Positions 12,001 through 26,286 are shown, counted from the first letter of the stretch. The stretch: 64,000 bases of DNA from Octopus vulgaris (GCA_951406725.2 OX597822.1:64232001-64296000), one strand, 5' to 3'. Program-made: numbers and translations. The notes: generated from the sequence alone by a model not told the origin.

Positions 12001-12290
12001 GTGAAGGCGCTCAGTGGTTAGAGCGTCGAGCTTACGATCATGAGGTTGTGAATTCGATTCCGGACCGGACTGTGTGTTGTGTTCTTGAGCAAGACACTTT
12101 ATTTCACATTGCCCTAGTTAACTAAACTGTAGAAAAGCTGTATCGGCCTTTGCCTTTCCCTTGGAGAGGGGAGGCCGGTATGCATAGGTGACTGCTGGCC
12201 TTCCATAAACAACCTTGCCCGGACTTGTGCAGCGGAGGGTAACTTTGTAGGTGCAATCCCATGGTCAGTCATGACTGAAGAGGGTCTCCT
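12001..12290 (+). mobile_element. tRNA-headed SINE with partial CORE-like domain and a distinct 3' module
   Basis: TCAGTGGTTAGAGCG..GAATTCGATTCC head, then TTGAGCAAGACACTTTATTTCAC. Confidence 0.7.
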
Positions 12291-12908
12291 CCTCCTCCTC
12301 ATATATATATATATACACACATACGTGCACACAAACTTTCACGCACTTATATATTCCTATGCAAATATATATATATACATACGTACATAACTGCCTATGA
12401 GCATTGGTCTATGTCTTTTATGCTTTACTTATTGTAAACTATCTCCCTCTCTCTCTCTATATATATATTTATCACACTCTCTTTCACCCTTTCTCTGCAT
12501 ATGTATGCCTCTCACGCTGAGTGTGTATATGTTTGTATATGCATGTGTATTTGTGTGTGCATGTGTGCGTGTGTGTAAGTGTGTACGCATATGCTTAAGG
12601 AATTTCATTAAGGCAACAAAGCCGAAAGAACCTCACAAAGCATCAGAAGCGAAATCTGGAGACATTCGAAGAGATAAGGAATAGACTTGATGGGAAACGT
12701 CCGAGCGTAGGATGTATCAAGAACCTCCGTTAAGCGTAGAGCCACCATTGCATGGTGACTCAAGAGGCGATGTTCCGTTTCAGTTCAAACGACTTTAGTT
12801 TCCAGCGAGTCTTTTACCATGGCCATCAACAAATTGTAAGAGCGAATTGCTGGTTGACAACTTCAATGGCCTTGCTTCACCCATGGTCAGCTTTACGCTG
12901 GATTTTCA

Positions 12909-13200
12909 AGTTAAGTTAAGTTAAGTTAATTTTTTGGCTCAAAAAGCAAAAAGCAAGGCCATGTAGGGGGACATGGAGTTATGTACAGGGAGGGTGTTCA
13001 TGCAAAGAGTTCAGGCCATTTCTGGTCAAGAGAGACTTTGAACGCGAATCCACTGCCCTAACCACTGGGCCATTGCGCCAACTATAAAAAAAATAATATA
13101 CATATGTATATTTATATGTATACTCACTATCTCGTCCGGCAGCTTATTCCACGGATCCGCAACCCGGACGGAGAAAGCCCCTCTCCTTCGATTGAGAGGA
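12909..13200 (-). pseudogene. CR1 LINE 3' end with (TTAAC)n tail, interrupted by an 81-bp insert
   Basis: Minus strand reads LNRRRGAFSVRVADPWNKLPDEIV then FKVSLDQKWPELFA*. Tail is (GTTAA)4 on +. Confidence 0.85.
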
Positions 13201-13409
13201 AGCAAGAAATATCTTTACATCTGAGCACCAAATGAAAAAAAAAAATGTTTTAATTCGTTTGTTGAGACGTTATAAATTACTTCAAATAACGCAGAAAGCC
13301 GTCGTGATGAAGAGGCCTATCCGTCGAAGACATGGAACGGAAATTGGAATAAAGACATTCTTTGGTGAAAATTGGCTGCCAACGATGGGCTATTTAGCTA
13401 TAAAAAAAA

Positions 13410-13706
13410 TAACGATAAACGTCGCCCTTCTCAAGCCTAGCCAGGCTCATGGGCCCGGTTTCCCGGTTTCTGTGGCGTATGTATTCGCCAGTGCATCACA
13501 GCGTTACTCAAGAAACAGGAAAAGAGAGTGAGAGAAAGTTATGGCGAAAGAGTACAACAGAGGTCGCCCCCATTCCCCCTGCCGGAGCCTCGTGGAGCTT
13601 TAAAGTGTTTTCGCTCAATAAACACACACAACGCCGGTCTGGGAATCGAAACCACGATCTTCCGACCGCGAATCCACTGCCCTAACCACTGGGCCATTGC
13701 GTCACC
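13410..13706 (-). mobile_element. tRNA-headed SINE (shared head and middle, third type of 3' module)
   Basis: Head and middle match 3191-3580; 3' module is related to 47625-47866. Confidence 0.8.
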
Positions 13707-14262
13707 TATAAAAAAAATAATATACATATGTATATTTATATGTATACGCAACAAATACACACACACACACGCACGCACATGCACATACGTACACACGCAG
13801 GCACACGAACATGTATTTATAAGTGCGCATAAACGATATATCGATGCACATAGACTAACATACACATGTACATATATCTACACTGCTGTTTCCTTTGAAG
13901 AAGCATTCTTCATTCACTATTTGCACTCGAACATCTAAAGGTCTAACAGTCTACCTACCTGTTTTGCCTTTTTCTCTCCGTTTCATTAAAACATAAACAA
14001 ACACACGCGCGTGCGCGCGCTAACGCACGTGCACACAGAGATTAGTGTTAATCGAAACTACGCAGTTCGTTTCTCAAGTTTTCGTTTCTGACCTTCGGAC
14101 GATGTCATCTGATGATCGGAAACAAAAACCGTATTGTAACGATATGAAATATTTCAGTTTCCAATGACACATAACAACACTTTCAGTATTGGATACGTTT
14201 TTTTATCTCTTTCACTCAGGTATTTACATACATATATACACTCATACCCACATACACACATA

Positions 14263-14613
14263 CATACATACATACATACATACATACATACATACATACA
14301 AACATACATACATACATACATACATACATACATGGTGGCTGTCCCCTCGTTATCGAGTATGGCCATTGCACGAAGCTTAATCAGTGTTGTTATCGTGCAA
14401 TGCCTGTGCAAGAACATTTTTTAAGTGAGGAAAGGCTGTGCACTGAGTCAATCCCACTCACTAAGCAACAGCAGCCATAATCCGAAAAGAAGAACAAGCC
14501 AACATCATCGGTAACCACTGAGCCGCAGGTTTTATGTCGGAGTTATCCCAGTTACCTGAGTTACCTTCTCCTAGAAGGATGCCCTAACAAAGGTTCGGAG
14601 TCCTTCACTCTCA
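14263..14613 (-). mobile_element. Probable short RTE-derived non-autonomous element with (ATGT)n tail
   Basis: Minus strand has GGCATCCTTCTAGGAGAAGGTAACTC..TAAAACC (RTE 5'UTR-like) and ends CAGCCACC(ATGT)n, like the RTE end GAGCACCATGTACGTAC at ~59630. Confidence 0.5.
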
Positions 14614-14940
14614 ATGGTTTAACTGCGCGATCGGGTATTAAGTCCGATTATTTCTATGTCCCCGCGCATACATAATACATACATACATACATACATACAT
14701 ACATACATACATACATACATACATACATACATACATACATACATACGTATGTATATAGAAATAGAAATAGAGGGGACAAACACGTACGTACGTACGTACG
14801 TACGTATGTATGTATGTATGTATGTATGTATGTATGTATGTATGTATGTCTGTATGTATGTCTCGGAACTGTTTCTTTTGTGAAACGTCTTTCCACATCC
14901 GAGTGTACACAAACGTGTTAAGTAATATTGAACATACCCA

Positions 14941-15369
14941 AAGGCGGCGAGCTGGCAGAAACGTTAGCGCGCCGGACGAAATGCTTAGCGGTATTTCGTC
15001 TGCCGTTACGTTCTGATTTCAAATTCCGCCGAGGTCGACTTTGCCTTTCATCCTTTCGGGGTCGATAAATTAAGTACCAGTTACGCACTGGGGTCGATCT
15101 AATCGACTTAATTCGTTTGTCTGTACTTCTTCGTCCCCTCTGTGTTTTGCCCCTTGTGGGCAATAAAGAAATAAGAAACGTTAGCACGCCGGATGAAATG
15201 CTTAGCGATATTTCGCCTGCCGTTACGTTCTGAGTTCAAATTCCGTCGAGGCCGACTTTGCCTTTATTCTTTTCGATAAATTAAGTACCAGTTGCAGACT
15301 AGGGTCGATCTAATCGATTGGCTCCCTTCCCCCTAAATTTCGGGCCTTGTGCCTAGAGTGGAAAAGTAT
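14941..15369 (+). mobile_element. SINE family A dimer
   Basis: Second unit re-enters at AGAAACGTTAGC after ..AAGAAATA. Confidence 0.9.
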
Positions 15370-15609
15370 ATTGTACATACCTGTATTTCAATCAACGCCG
15401 GTTCGAGCGCCACTACTTAATTAGAAATGATTTGCTACAAATGGCCTCATGTTTCACTCTATACAAGCTTATGAAATGAATTTACTTGTGGTCGATGGAA
15501 TTTACACTTAAAAATGGGTGGGTTATCTGAGATCAGACATTTTCTAGATACAGTGTTTATAGATAGATGTTTTATACTGAATGCAGAAGAGGAGCACTGG
15601 TTGTAGGGG

Positions 15610-15612
<3 letters not shown>

Positions 15613-15665
<53 letters not shown>

Positions 15666-15699
15666 GAGAGAAAGAGAGAGTGATAGTGAGAGAGTGATA

Positions 15700-15753
<54 letters not shown>

Positions 15754-15760
15754 CAGAGAG
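15613..15760. repeat. (GT)n(GA)n microsatellite
   Basis: Directly visible. Confidence 0.95.
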
Positions 15761-16789
15761 AAATAGTGGACTAAGATGCAAGGAGATCTATCATGAAGTA
15801 CAGAGAGAAAAGAAAATTTATTATATAATGTAAAGGAGTAAAAATACAACATCTGCATCTCTAAAGGAAATTGATTTTAGAATAAATATTTCGGTAGGTC
15901 ACTAGTATTGGACGATAAGTAAGGGCGTCAGTACACGAAGTTAGTAGACTTGAAGCTAATGTTTACTAGAGTGAGTAAGAGGGGGAGACAAAGAAGTTGG
16001 TTAGAAAAAGAAGACACTGAGAGACGAAACCGATAAATGAAAATAAAAAAAGGCGAGAAGAAAAGGGAGGAGGAAGAAAAGAGGAAGAGAAAAACAGAAA
16101 AAAAAAAAAGAACTGTAACAAAAGTTGATTAACTAACTAGATGTCAGGAATCTGCTGAGTGGTAAGGGGTTGGAAAGTGTTGGAGAAAGAAGTAAAACAA
16201 AATTAATAATTCAAGTAAAGGCGCCCGCTCGGGAGGGTGTAATAGTACGGGTGTTGGGTAGATGTAAATTAACGTTAAAATAACAAGATGAGTTATGTCT
16301 TCGAAAACACTGAAAAGAAATCAAAATAAAAATAATTAATGTAAAAATAACTAAAGTTGAGGAAGAAGGGGCGGTGTAAATGATTAAGTAAGGGTAATTA
16401 AACAGGAAAAATAGGTAAATTTACTCGTGTGTTTTTGAAAGGACTAGATTGTTAAATAAACTGCAGGGAATTCAAACTATACAGAACAACAAGAGGGCAT
16501 AAAGTATATTAAAAGACAAAAAAAAAAAAAAAAGAAAAAGGTAACTAGATAAGAAACTGAGAATTTGGTAAAGGTTGGAGTGTTAAGGAATTTAAAGTGT
16601 GATGAAAGAACACAAGAATAAGATATAAACGACTTGGGTGAATAATAAAAGGTGGAGTTGGTAAAAGAAGCAAACATGCTATCTTCTGTTCGGTTTTCAT
16701 GCTTATCTTCACTAATGGTAATGGATGTTAGATAATGATTGAAAGGGTACAATAGCAAATATTAATATAAGCGACTGAAATTGGGTGTT

Positions 16790-17064
16790 TCTCCGGTTCG
16801 AGCCCCTGCTTCTTTGCACTGAGATGTCCACGTGGATCCAGTACTATGGACATGTTACTCTTTTACTTGTTTCAGTCATTTGACTGTGGCCATGCTGGAG
16901 CACCGCCTTTAGTCGAGCAAATCGACCCCCAGGACTTATTCTTTGTAAAACCTAGTACTTATTCTATCGGTCTCTCTTTTGCCGAAACGCTAAGTTACGG
17001 GGACGTAAACACACCAGCATCGGTTGTCAAGCGATGTTGGGGGTGGGGGACAAACACAGACAAA

Positions 17065-17102
<38 letters not shown>

Positions 17103-17470
17103 AATACGACGAGCTTCTTTCAGTTTCCGTCTACCAAATCCACTCACAAGGCGTTGGTCGGCCCGAAGCTATAGTAGAAGACACTTGCCCAAGGTGCCAT
17201 GTAGTGGGACTGAACCCGGAACCATGTGCTTCGTAAGCAAGCTACTTACCACACAACCACTCCTAGAATGTCGTAGGAAAGAACCACAAAACGGTTTCGT
17301 CAAGCCGAGTCGACCGGTAGGAAACCTAGGCGTCGAGCAAGAACGAAATGGTTGGATAATATCCACAGTTTCAGTTAGTTACGCTTGGAATTCCATCCGA
17401 AATGTGTAATGACGTTTTTTTTTTTCCTGATAGGACCCTATGGTGGAAGTGCTTGAGGACTCTTCTACCA
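16790..17470 (+). pseudogene. RTE (Expander-like) 3' fragment split by a SINE B insertion
   Basis: EPLLL..YYGHVT / RMS*ERTTKR..STGRKPRRRARTKWLDNIHS..LRL; homologous to 10240-10450. Confidence 0.75.
16856..17265 (-). mobile_element. SINE family B, full length
   Basis: Reverse complement of TAGGAGTGG..GGTAAGTAGCTTGC..GGGTTCAGTCCC head, internal microsatellite, and 3' GGCGGTGCTCCAGCATGGCCACAGTCAAATGACTGAAACAAGTAAAAGAG. Confidence 0.92.
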
Positions 17471-17752
17471 TGTCTTTAACAGGAAAATGGTTGGATCGAA
17501 CCGAGACACAGTAAGCAAAGATCCTATGGAAATAACGTACGAGTAATAGTGAAGCTTTTTCATTAAGCCTGGGCTTCTAAGTATTTTACAGGTAGCTAAT
17601 TCGAAAGGTATATTCAGAAGCGAGTGATAAAAGTAAACTAAATTGTAAAACAACTGTCGTAATGGGAGAGATTTGGTGAGTAAACAACTTCTTGTATATT
17701 TTACATTAGTGGTAAAGGTGATACATTCTTAAACTTCGATATTATTTTATTA

Positions 17753-18158
17753 AAAGGCGGCGAGCTGGCAGAAACGTTAGCGTGTCGGGCGAAATGCTTA
17801 GTGGTATTTCGTCTGCCGTTACGTTCTGAGTTCAAATTCCGCCGAGTTCGACTTTGCCTTTCATCCTTTCGGGGTAGATTAAATAAGTACCAGTTACGTA
17901 CTGAGGTTGATATAATCGACTTAACCCGTTTGTCTGTCCTTGTTCGTCCCCTCTGTGTTTAACCCCTTGTGGGTAGTAAGGAAATAGAAATAGGTATTTC
18001 GTCTGCCATTACGTTCTGAGTTTAAATTTGCCGAGTTCGACTTTGCCTTTCGTCCTTTCGGGGTCGATAAATTGAGTACCAGTGAAATATTGGTTCGATC
18101 TAATCGACTGGCTCCCTCCCACAAAATTTCGAGCCTAATGCCTAGAGTAGAAAAGGAT
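17753..18158 (+). mobile_element. SINE family A dimer
   Basis: Head plus two units; junction GAAATAGAAATAGGTATTTC. Confidence 0.9.
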
Positions 18159-18528
18159 ATTATTTTATTAAGAATCTATTTACTGATTTTTTCCGAATAT
18201 CGGCTATTGTTCGGTTTGATTAATTTCATCGCGTATTTCTGTTGGAAACTTGGTTTATGGTCTGTCTATGACGAATATGGAGGCTTATTTGTAAGAGGTT
18301 CAACCTTCTAACTGATGTTCAAATTTTCAGGCTGTGTGCTTAAGAAGCTCGCTTTGCATTCAGGTTGTTTCGGGTTGGTTCAATGTCATTGCATGGCACC
18401 TTGAGTAAGTGTCTTCTACTATGATCCCCGATCAACCAATGCCTTGTGGGTCAACTGAATCTTGTAAACAGGAACTATGTGGGAGCCTGATGCAGACACA
18501 TACACACGTATATTGTGTGTGTATATAT

Positions 18529-18575
<47 letters not shown>

Positions 18576-19308
18576 ACATATATCATATATACATATACGT
18601 ATATATAGTATGTGTGCGTGTATATATGTGTGTGTGTGAGTATTGCATGTGTTCGATAAGCTCGCATCGAGCGAAACATATGCCCGTCTGTAATGAATCA
18701 TTTTTATATTTATTTGATGTAATATATAAAAATATTCTCACTGACTAACCCCGTTCTGAGTCCTTTAATTGATAATGGCTGCTTTTTAATTGATAATAAC
18801 TTGTCTTCAAAATATCATCTGCCTCTTTTTGTGCAGCACTTTAATATCCATTACAATTTAATGTAAAAAAAAAAAGGAGGGAAATTAAATTTTCTACGCA
18901 AATAACATTATACCAAGAAGCAAAGCTTCTTTATAATTATAATACAAAAACAGAGAATTCTATCAAGAAACTGAGATGGAGAACACATTCTTCAAATAGA
19001 CGCTGGCGGTTCTATTTACTTTGGATTTGAATCCATTCGGTACCTTCCTCCGAACAAGCGTCGCCAACCCTAGGAAATATTTCTACTAATCCAAACTTGA
19101 ATTTTGTGAAAAGTATGAGTTCCAAGACAAACGAAAACTTAGACTTCATCAACAACTTTAGACAAATTTTTACCCAATTGGACAAGACAAAGAATTTGTA
19201 GGCGGTGAACGAAAACACCTACCGTAGGTGTATTGCAAACAATATTGCTACCTCCTGAAGGCAGCGAGCTGGCAGAAACGTTAGCGCGCCGTACGAAATG
19301 TTTGGCAA

Positions 19309-19945
19309 TAGGCGCAAGCTTTCCAACCATGTCATCCTGGGTTCGGTCCCACTGCGCAGCACCTTATGCGATTGTCTTGTACTATAGCCCCGAGCTAACC
19401 AACGCCTTATGAATTTATTTGGGAGACGACAAATGAACCAGCGCATGTGTGTGTGTGTGTGTGTTTCTTTGAGTTTGTCGCTGCCATCGCTTGACAACAG
19501 GTTTTGATTTGTTTAACTGAGCAGGTACGCAAAAAGATCCTTAGAATAAGTACCAGACTCACAAATAAGTACTGGGGTCAATTTGTTCGACTAAACTAGG
19601 GGTTCTCAACCATTGTTTATCTACGGGCCCGTTTAACGGCTATTTTATCCTGGGGAATCCCCAAAGCAATTCCGTGTTTAAAAAAACACAAGTTTTATAG
19701 AAACTTCTTTCAAAATTCCTATTTTGTTTTACACACATTAACTCGAGTAGGTTAAACTGTGTAAAATGCTGGAGAAAGAAACCCAGCCGCTTCTTGCAAT
19801 ACAGACCAATGAATACATCTAAAGCAACATATTTTCAAGGGGCCTTAAAATATTACTTCGTTGCGTGGATCCCCCAAAATCTAATCCCTTCAAGGTGATG
19901 CCCCTGCATTGGTCGCTGTCTAATGACTGCAATAAGTAAAACATA
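19309..19945 (+). mobile_element. Degenerate SINE B interrupted at ~19598-19880 by a hAT-like insertion
   Basis: SINE B motifs on both sides; the insert begins TAGGGGTTCTCAACC (Charlie-like TIR). Confidence 0.5.
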
Positions 19946-20264
19946 AAAAGGCATATAAATAAAAGGGAAGTGAGGAAGGAAGGGAGTAAAATAGGGGGAA
20001 TAGTTTTTTTTTATCATTAAACTGCGGCCATGCTGGAGCACCATCTTGAAGGGTTTTAGTCCAACTTGTTTCTCTGTAAATGAAGCGGAAAGAGAAAAAT
20101 ACACAAATTTCTTTTATAAATAACGTGGAAGGGAAAACACAGTAAATTTATAAATGTAATTAGTATTAATTTGTATCTGTATTTAGAAAAGCCGATTTCA
20201 AGCTGGTACGGAACGAAACATGAGAGCATGTGTAACGAATAACTTTTATTTTAATGAAATATAA

Positions 20265-20707
<443 letters not shown>

Positions 20708-21500
20708 GCTCTCACGCAGTCACACACGCACAAACCTACAACGTAATAATTTATTTAAGACAAGTGTTTACTGTTTTAGTCATGCGTCACCTCAATGGTT
20801 TCGCATCAGCTGTGGCGCCCCACATTCTCTGTACTAAAAACACCACAAGACACGAAAATCCTCTGATGGAATTTACATGGTCTTTGATTTACTGCTTGTT
20901 ATTTGCAATATCAAATAGATTTGCTTTCATCACCACCACCATCATCATCATCATCATCATTCTCGTCATCATCACCATCATCATCATCATCATCATGATT
21001 ATTATTATTAATAACAATGTAAATATCGTTGGTTTCTACAAGGTGTTAACCCTTCAATAACTACTGTATTTCGTCCTTGTATTGAATTGTTTCCGAAAGT
21101 CTTGGACCCATCTTATCCCAAAAAATGTTTCCAATTAAGGCACAATGTCAGCAATTTTAGTGGAGGGTGGGCATATGTGGATCCATATATCCATCCTACT
21201 GTACTGGTACTTATTTTAGCGACCTCGAAAGGATGAACTTAGAATGTTCAGACGGATGACATTCTATGGATTCTGTCACCTCACGGCCTTTGCGTGAGAT
21301 TTTCCTCGATATACCGGAAGAGGGCTGCCACACTGTCGGAGATTCTATTTATTTATTTATTTATTTATATCCTTTATTTCCTTTGTTATGTCCTTATTTT
21401 TGTTGCCCTTTTGATCAATGTATACCGCGTCTTTTTTTGTGCAGTGTATTTCTCCTTTGATATGGTCCTCGATATCTCGGGGCCTTGACGTCCAATTAAG

Positions 21501-21531
<31 letters not shown>

Positions 21532-21547
21532 AATCATCATCATCATT

Positions 21548-21762
21548 AAGGTGGCGAGCTGGCAGAAACGTTAGCACGCCGGGCGAAATGCTTAGCAGCA
21601 TTTCGTCCGTGTTTATGTTCTGAGTTCAAATTCCGCCGAGGTCGTCTTTGTCTTTCTTCCTTTCAGGGTCGATAAATTAAGTACCAGTGAAACACTGGGG
21701 TCGATGTAATCCACTACGGCCCTCCCCGCAAATTTCGGACATTGTGCCTATAGTAGAAAAGT
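21548..21762 (+). mobile_element. SINE family A monomer
   Basis: Head, B box, Meta-like core and 3' TGTGCCTATAGTAGAAAAG. Confidence 0.88.
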
Positions 21763-22100
21763 TTAGCATTATTATAATTCAGCCGAGGTCGACTTTACCT
21801 TTCTAGGCCGATAAAATAAGTACCAGTTATGCACTGGAATCGACGTAATCAACTTATCTCCTTCCCAAAATTGCTGCTCTTGTGGAAAAATTTGGAATAG
21901 CTAGTAGACTCGTTACAAGCTGGGAAAAATACTTAAGGGCATTCGTCCATCTCTACGTTCTGAGTTCAATTTACGTTAAGGTCGACTTTGCTTTTCAACC
22001 TTTCGGAGTCAATAAAATATATACCTCCTGAGCACTGGATTCGATGTAAACCACTTACCCGTTTTCTCAAAATTGCTAGCCTTGTGCCAAAATTTTAAAC

Positions 22101-22935
<835 letters not shown>

Positions 22936-23625
22936 GGTGAGTATAAATATTATTAAACAATAAAACAGGAAAATTAGAAGAAAGCAAGATTTCATATGAA
23001 TTCTTTGTAGATAGGTGGATGGCCTTCTCTGCTGACGTTAGATAAGTCTTGGGATCGATTTGCTCGACTAAAGGCGGTGCTCCAGCATGGCCGCAGTCAA
23101 TTGACTGAAACAAGTAAAAAAGAGTATTGTCACTAGTATTAAAGGTTGTGAGCTGGAAGAATTATCATGTTTCACAATAACTAGCCCTGTATTCAGTTCC
23201 TGTTATCATCTATATTACCTTTAATAATTCCTCCGGAATTCCTTTAAATTAGTTAGCTGCTTCACATCAATACTTCTATGAAGCCTCCTCCGCCCAAATT
23301 TCATACTAAATATTTTCTCTCTCCTAATCTATTTTCCATCCATAAATGTATTTCTAGTACTCGATTGGTACTTGATTTATCTCTTCTGCGAGGAAGAAAA
23401 GCAAATTTGACCTCAGTAAACCGGAACGAATACAGCAAAATATCCTATTTAATGCTCTGAGTAGCCAACGAATTCACCACCTTCTTATTATCGTATCTAC
23501 TTGTTGTTGTAATCTCTGTTGCATAATATAATTTAATACCTGCCACTAGGTATAATATACACGGTTGTTATATTTACACACAACTTAGTAGCGATGTATA
23601 AATATAAAACATAGTATCCATTTCT

Positions 23626-23698
23626 TTGCTGAGGTTTAGTTTCTATCTTCAGACCTCTGGGTTATGGGCCCAGCACGCTTCCACCGCTTCACTCTGCT
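23626..23698 (-). pseudogene. Initiator tRNA-Met pseudogene
   Basis: Minus strand AGCAGAGTGAAGCGGTGGAAGCGTGCTGGGCCCATAACCCAGAGGTCTGAAGATAGAAACTAAACCTCAGCAA matches the metazoan tRNAiMet. The CAT anticodon arm is intact; D arm, T arm and acceptor are mutated. Confidence 0.85.
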
Positions 23699-24140
23699 CT
23701 GCGAGTGATTAAGCAAATATGTAACGTATTATTTCTTATCTTGTCTGTTCTGGGTTACATTATTTTTATTACATCATCCATCATATGTTATTTATTTATT
23801 TATTAATTAAATATTTATTTCTATGTATTGGACTGTATTAAATGTACGAAGTAGAGTAACTACATAATACATATTGTAGCTCAGGGAAAGAAGTTAATTA
23901 TTTACTAACTGAAATGCACCATTTCATTCTGCCGATACTCCAAAACTCACATTTGACAAATCACATGCATAGATGTATATGTTGCAAATTTTTCTGGGTG
24001 TCTCTGTATCTGTCGTGTTCAGATCAACCAGAAGCAAAATATCAGTTCTATAAATACTTCCCCAGCGCAGCATAGCAAGTGAGCTTACTGGACTAGGGTA
24101 ACACAACTTTTAAGATCACTTTTTAAAATGTTAGTAAATC

Positions 24141-24658
24141 GCACTGCTAACACAGATGGGACACAGTAATGACTTAAAAGCCTTTAATACACTCGGTAGT
24201 ATATTATGATGACATAAAGAAATACAGTGTCCCTACCAGCTATTAATATGTGCGAACTAGTTGCCAGGAATATGTTTAATAAGTAAAATTGGTATATCCA
24301 GTTGTCTTACATGAGTAAATTTGGTGGCTGTTTAAGCAATGCGTTTGCGGATGGTTAATGGTTTGGATGTGGCACTGAAGAAAGAGCAATAACTCCTGAA
24401 ATATGCATATACACCTACCCATTACCTATTTCTCTATCTTTGATCACATTGATTACATAGACATATTTGTGTTCGAAACGTCATGACTTTCAGTACTGGC
24501 TCTAATTAGAATAGTAAAATCTGGAAAGATAACTTTCAAAAGTGACTAAATTGCACTGCTAACACAGATAGGAGACGGTAATGACTTACAAGCCTGTAAT
24601 ATACTTGGTAATATATTACGGCTGCATAATGAAATACAGTGTCCCTACCGGTAATTAA
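24141..24658 (+). repeat. Two diverged ~105-bp direct repeats (24141-24246, 24553-24658) flanking a degenerate hammerhead-like motif; probably PLE pseudo-LTR-derived
   Basis: GCACTGCTAACACAGAT..GAAATACAGTGTCCCTACC occurs twice; CTGAAGA-AAGAG-CAATAA-CTCCT-GAAATATGCATAT at ~24375-24410. Confidence 0.6.
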
Positions 24659-25512
24659 CTTTTAAGATGGGATATCTAGGAACAACATTATAAAACATGT
24701 GCTCTTTAAGCAGGTAGGAATGTGAGTTGAGAGATATTTGTCACTATTTCTAGCAGGCTGAGTAACCACATAGTGGCTCTTTGTTGGATCGTAATTCTGA
24801 AGATAATGTGCTGATGTATCACCAGCACATTATCCTCACCAGCTTCCATTAAGCCACACATCTCCTCCTTAAAATCTCTCTTAAAGCTGTCAGTCCTTGG
24901 TAATTTCTGTATTGTCCCAAAAGAGAATTTTTTTCCGGTTTTTCTTTTTTTTTGGGGGGGGGGGGATTTTTCTGGCCCTCACATATGTTAAGTTAACCTA
25001 ACCCAGGAGCTACCAACAAGGTTATATACACAGGCTACGCGCTACTCGTAGATTCTATCTTCGTAATTGCGAAGTTGGTAGCAGTGATGGCGTGCTAATG
25101 TTTGGGTGGCTGATGATGTGGTGTGTTCATGGCGATGCTTGAAGTTATCAGCGGACAAATTATCGGATGATTGATCTGTACGGAGTCAGTATTATGCTAG
25201 AGTAGTGGTGGAGGTTGTCGTGGTAAAATGGCGACGTGACATTACGGAAGTGGACACTTGTGGTAAAGGCGGTGCATTTTCCCAACACACCCACACACAT
25301 CACCCACAACGCAGCAATATCCTCATCCCTCCAATGGCACAAGTGGTCAGTACTGAGTAATAACGATGGTGATGATGTCGATTATGATGATGGTTATGTT
25401 GATTTGTTGTTGATGATGGTGGTAGTGATGGTGATGATGATGATAAGTGATGTTGCTGACGATGACAATGGTGATAATGATCATGATTATACTACTACTG
25501 CTGCAGCCGCTG

Positions 25513-25579
<67 letters not shown>

Positions 25580-25840
25580 AGGAGTTAATATACATCGTTG
25601 CTATTATGCAAAATCCTCCTAAGTCCAAAATATTGCTTTTTCAGAGAACAAGAAAATAGTTTCACCGTTTCATAGCAAAACCGTTAACATCTTTTGATAT
25701 TTTGGCATCTGAAGCAACTGGAGATACGATAGTTTGACCAAAAGAACCGGTTATTGCAAGGAAAAATAAATTTAGAAAAAAGAACGCATTTGGCCAAATT
25801 TGGACATACGACAGTTTAACATAATAGCAACGATGTATAT

Positions 25841-26016
25841 TCTTTTCTACTCTAGGCACAAGGCCCGACATTTTTGGGAGGTGGACCAGTCGATTAGATC
25901 GACCCCAGTACGCAACTGGTACTATTTAATCGACCCCGAAAGGATGAAAGGCAAAGTCGGCCTCGGCGGAATTTGAACTCAGAGCATAAAGACAGACGAA
26001 ATACCGCTAAGCTCGC
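25841..26016 (-). mobile_element. SINE family A monomer with a deletion in the head
   Basis: Reverse complement of the core and 3' end. Confidence 0.85.
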
Positions 26017-26229
26017 CGTGTTTTATATATATATTAACTGGCGCGTTTACAGTATTTCTTATACTATGATGTACTACAGATTAAACCAATAGATTTAAGC
26101 CATCATTACGTAATTAAATTAATTAAAATTAATTCAATATAACGGACAATAGTTTACGATTGTCTTGTTCTATAAACTAATTTAATCATGTCGTACTGGC
26201 TTAAATCTATAGATTTATTCTTTTGTGCA

Positions 26230-26286
<57 letters not shown>

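Noticed and set aside
14109-14125. CTGATGA-TCG-GAAAC hammerhead core strings
   Set aside because: No stem II, no cleavage triplet and no stem I; probably chance
15880-16700. Possible very old minus-strand LINE 3' region
   Set aside because: Only faint peptide resemblance; cannot be supported by eye
18980-19245. Protein-like fragments (HILQIDAGGSIYFGFESIRY; KLEFCEKYEF)
   Set aside because: Interrupted by stops, no splice signals, and family not recognised
20780-20880. Possible exon MRHLNGFASAVAPHILC..
   Set aside because: Short acceptor tract and no credible donor
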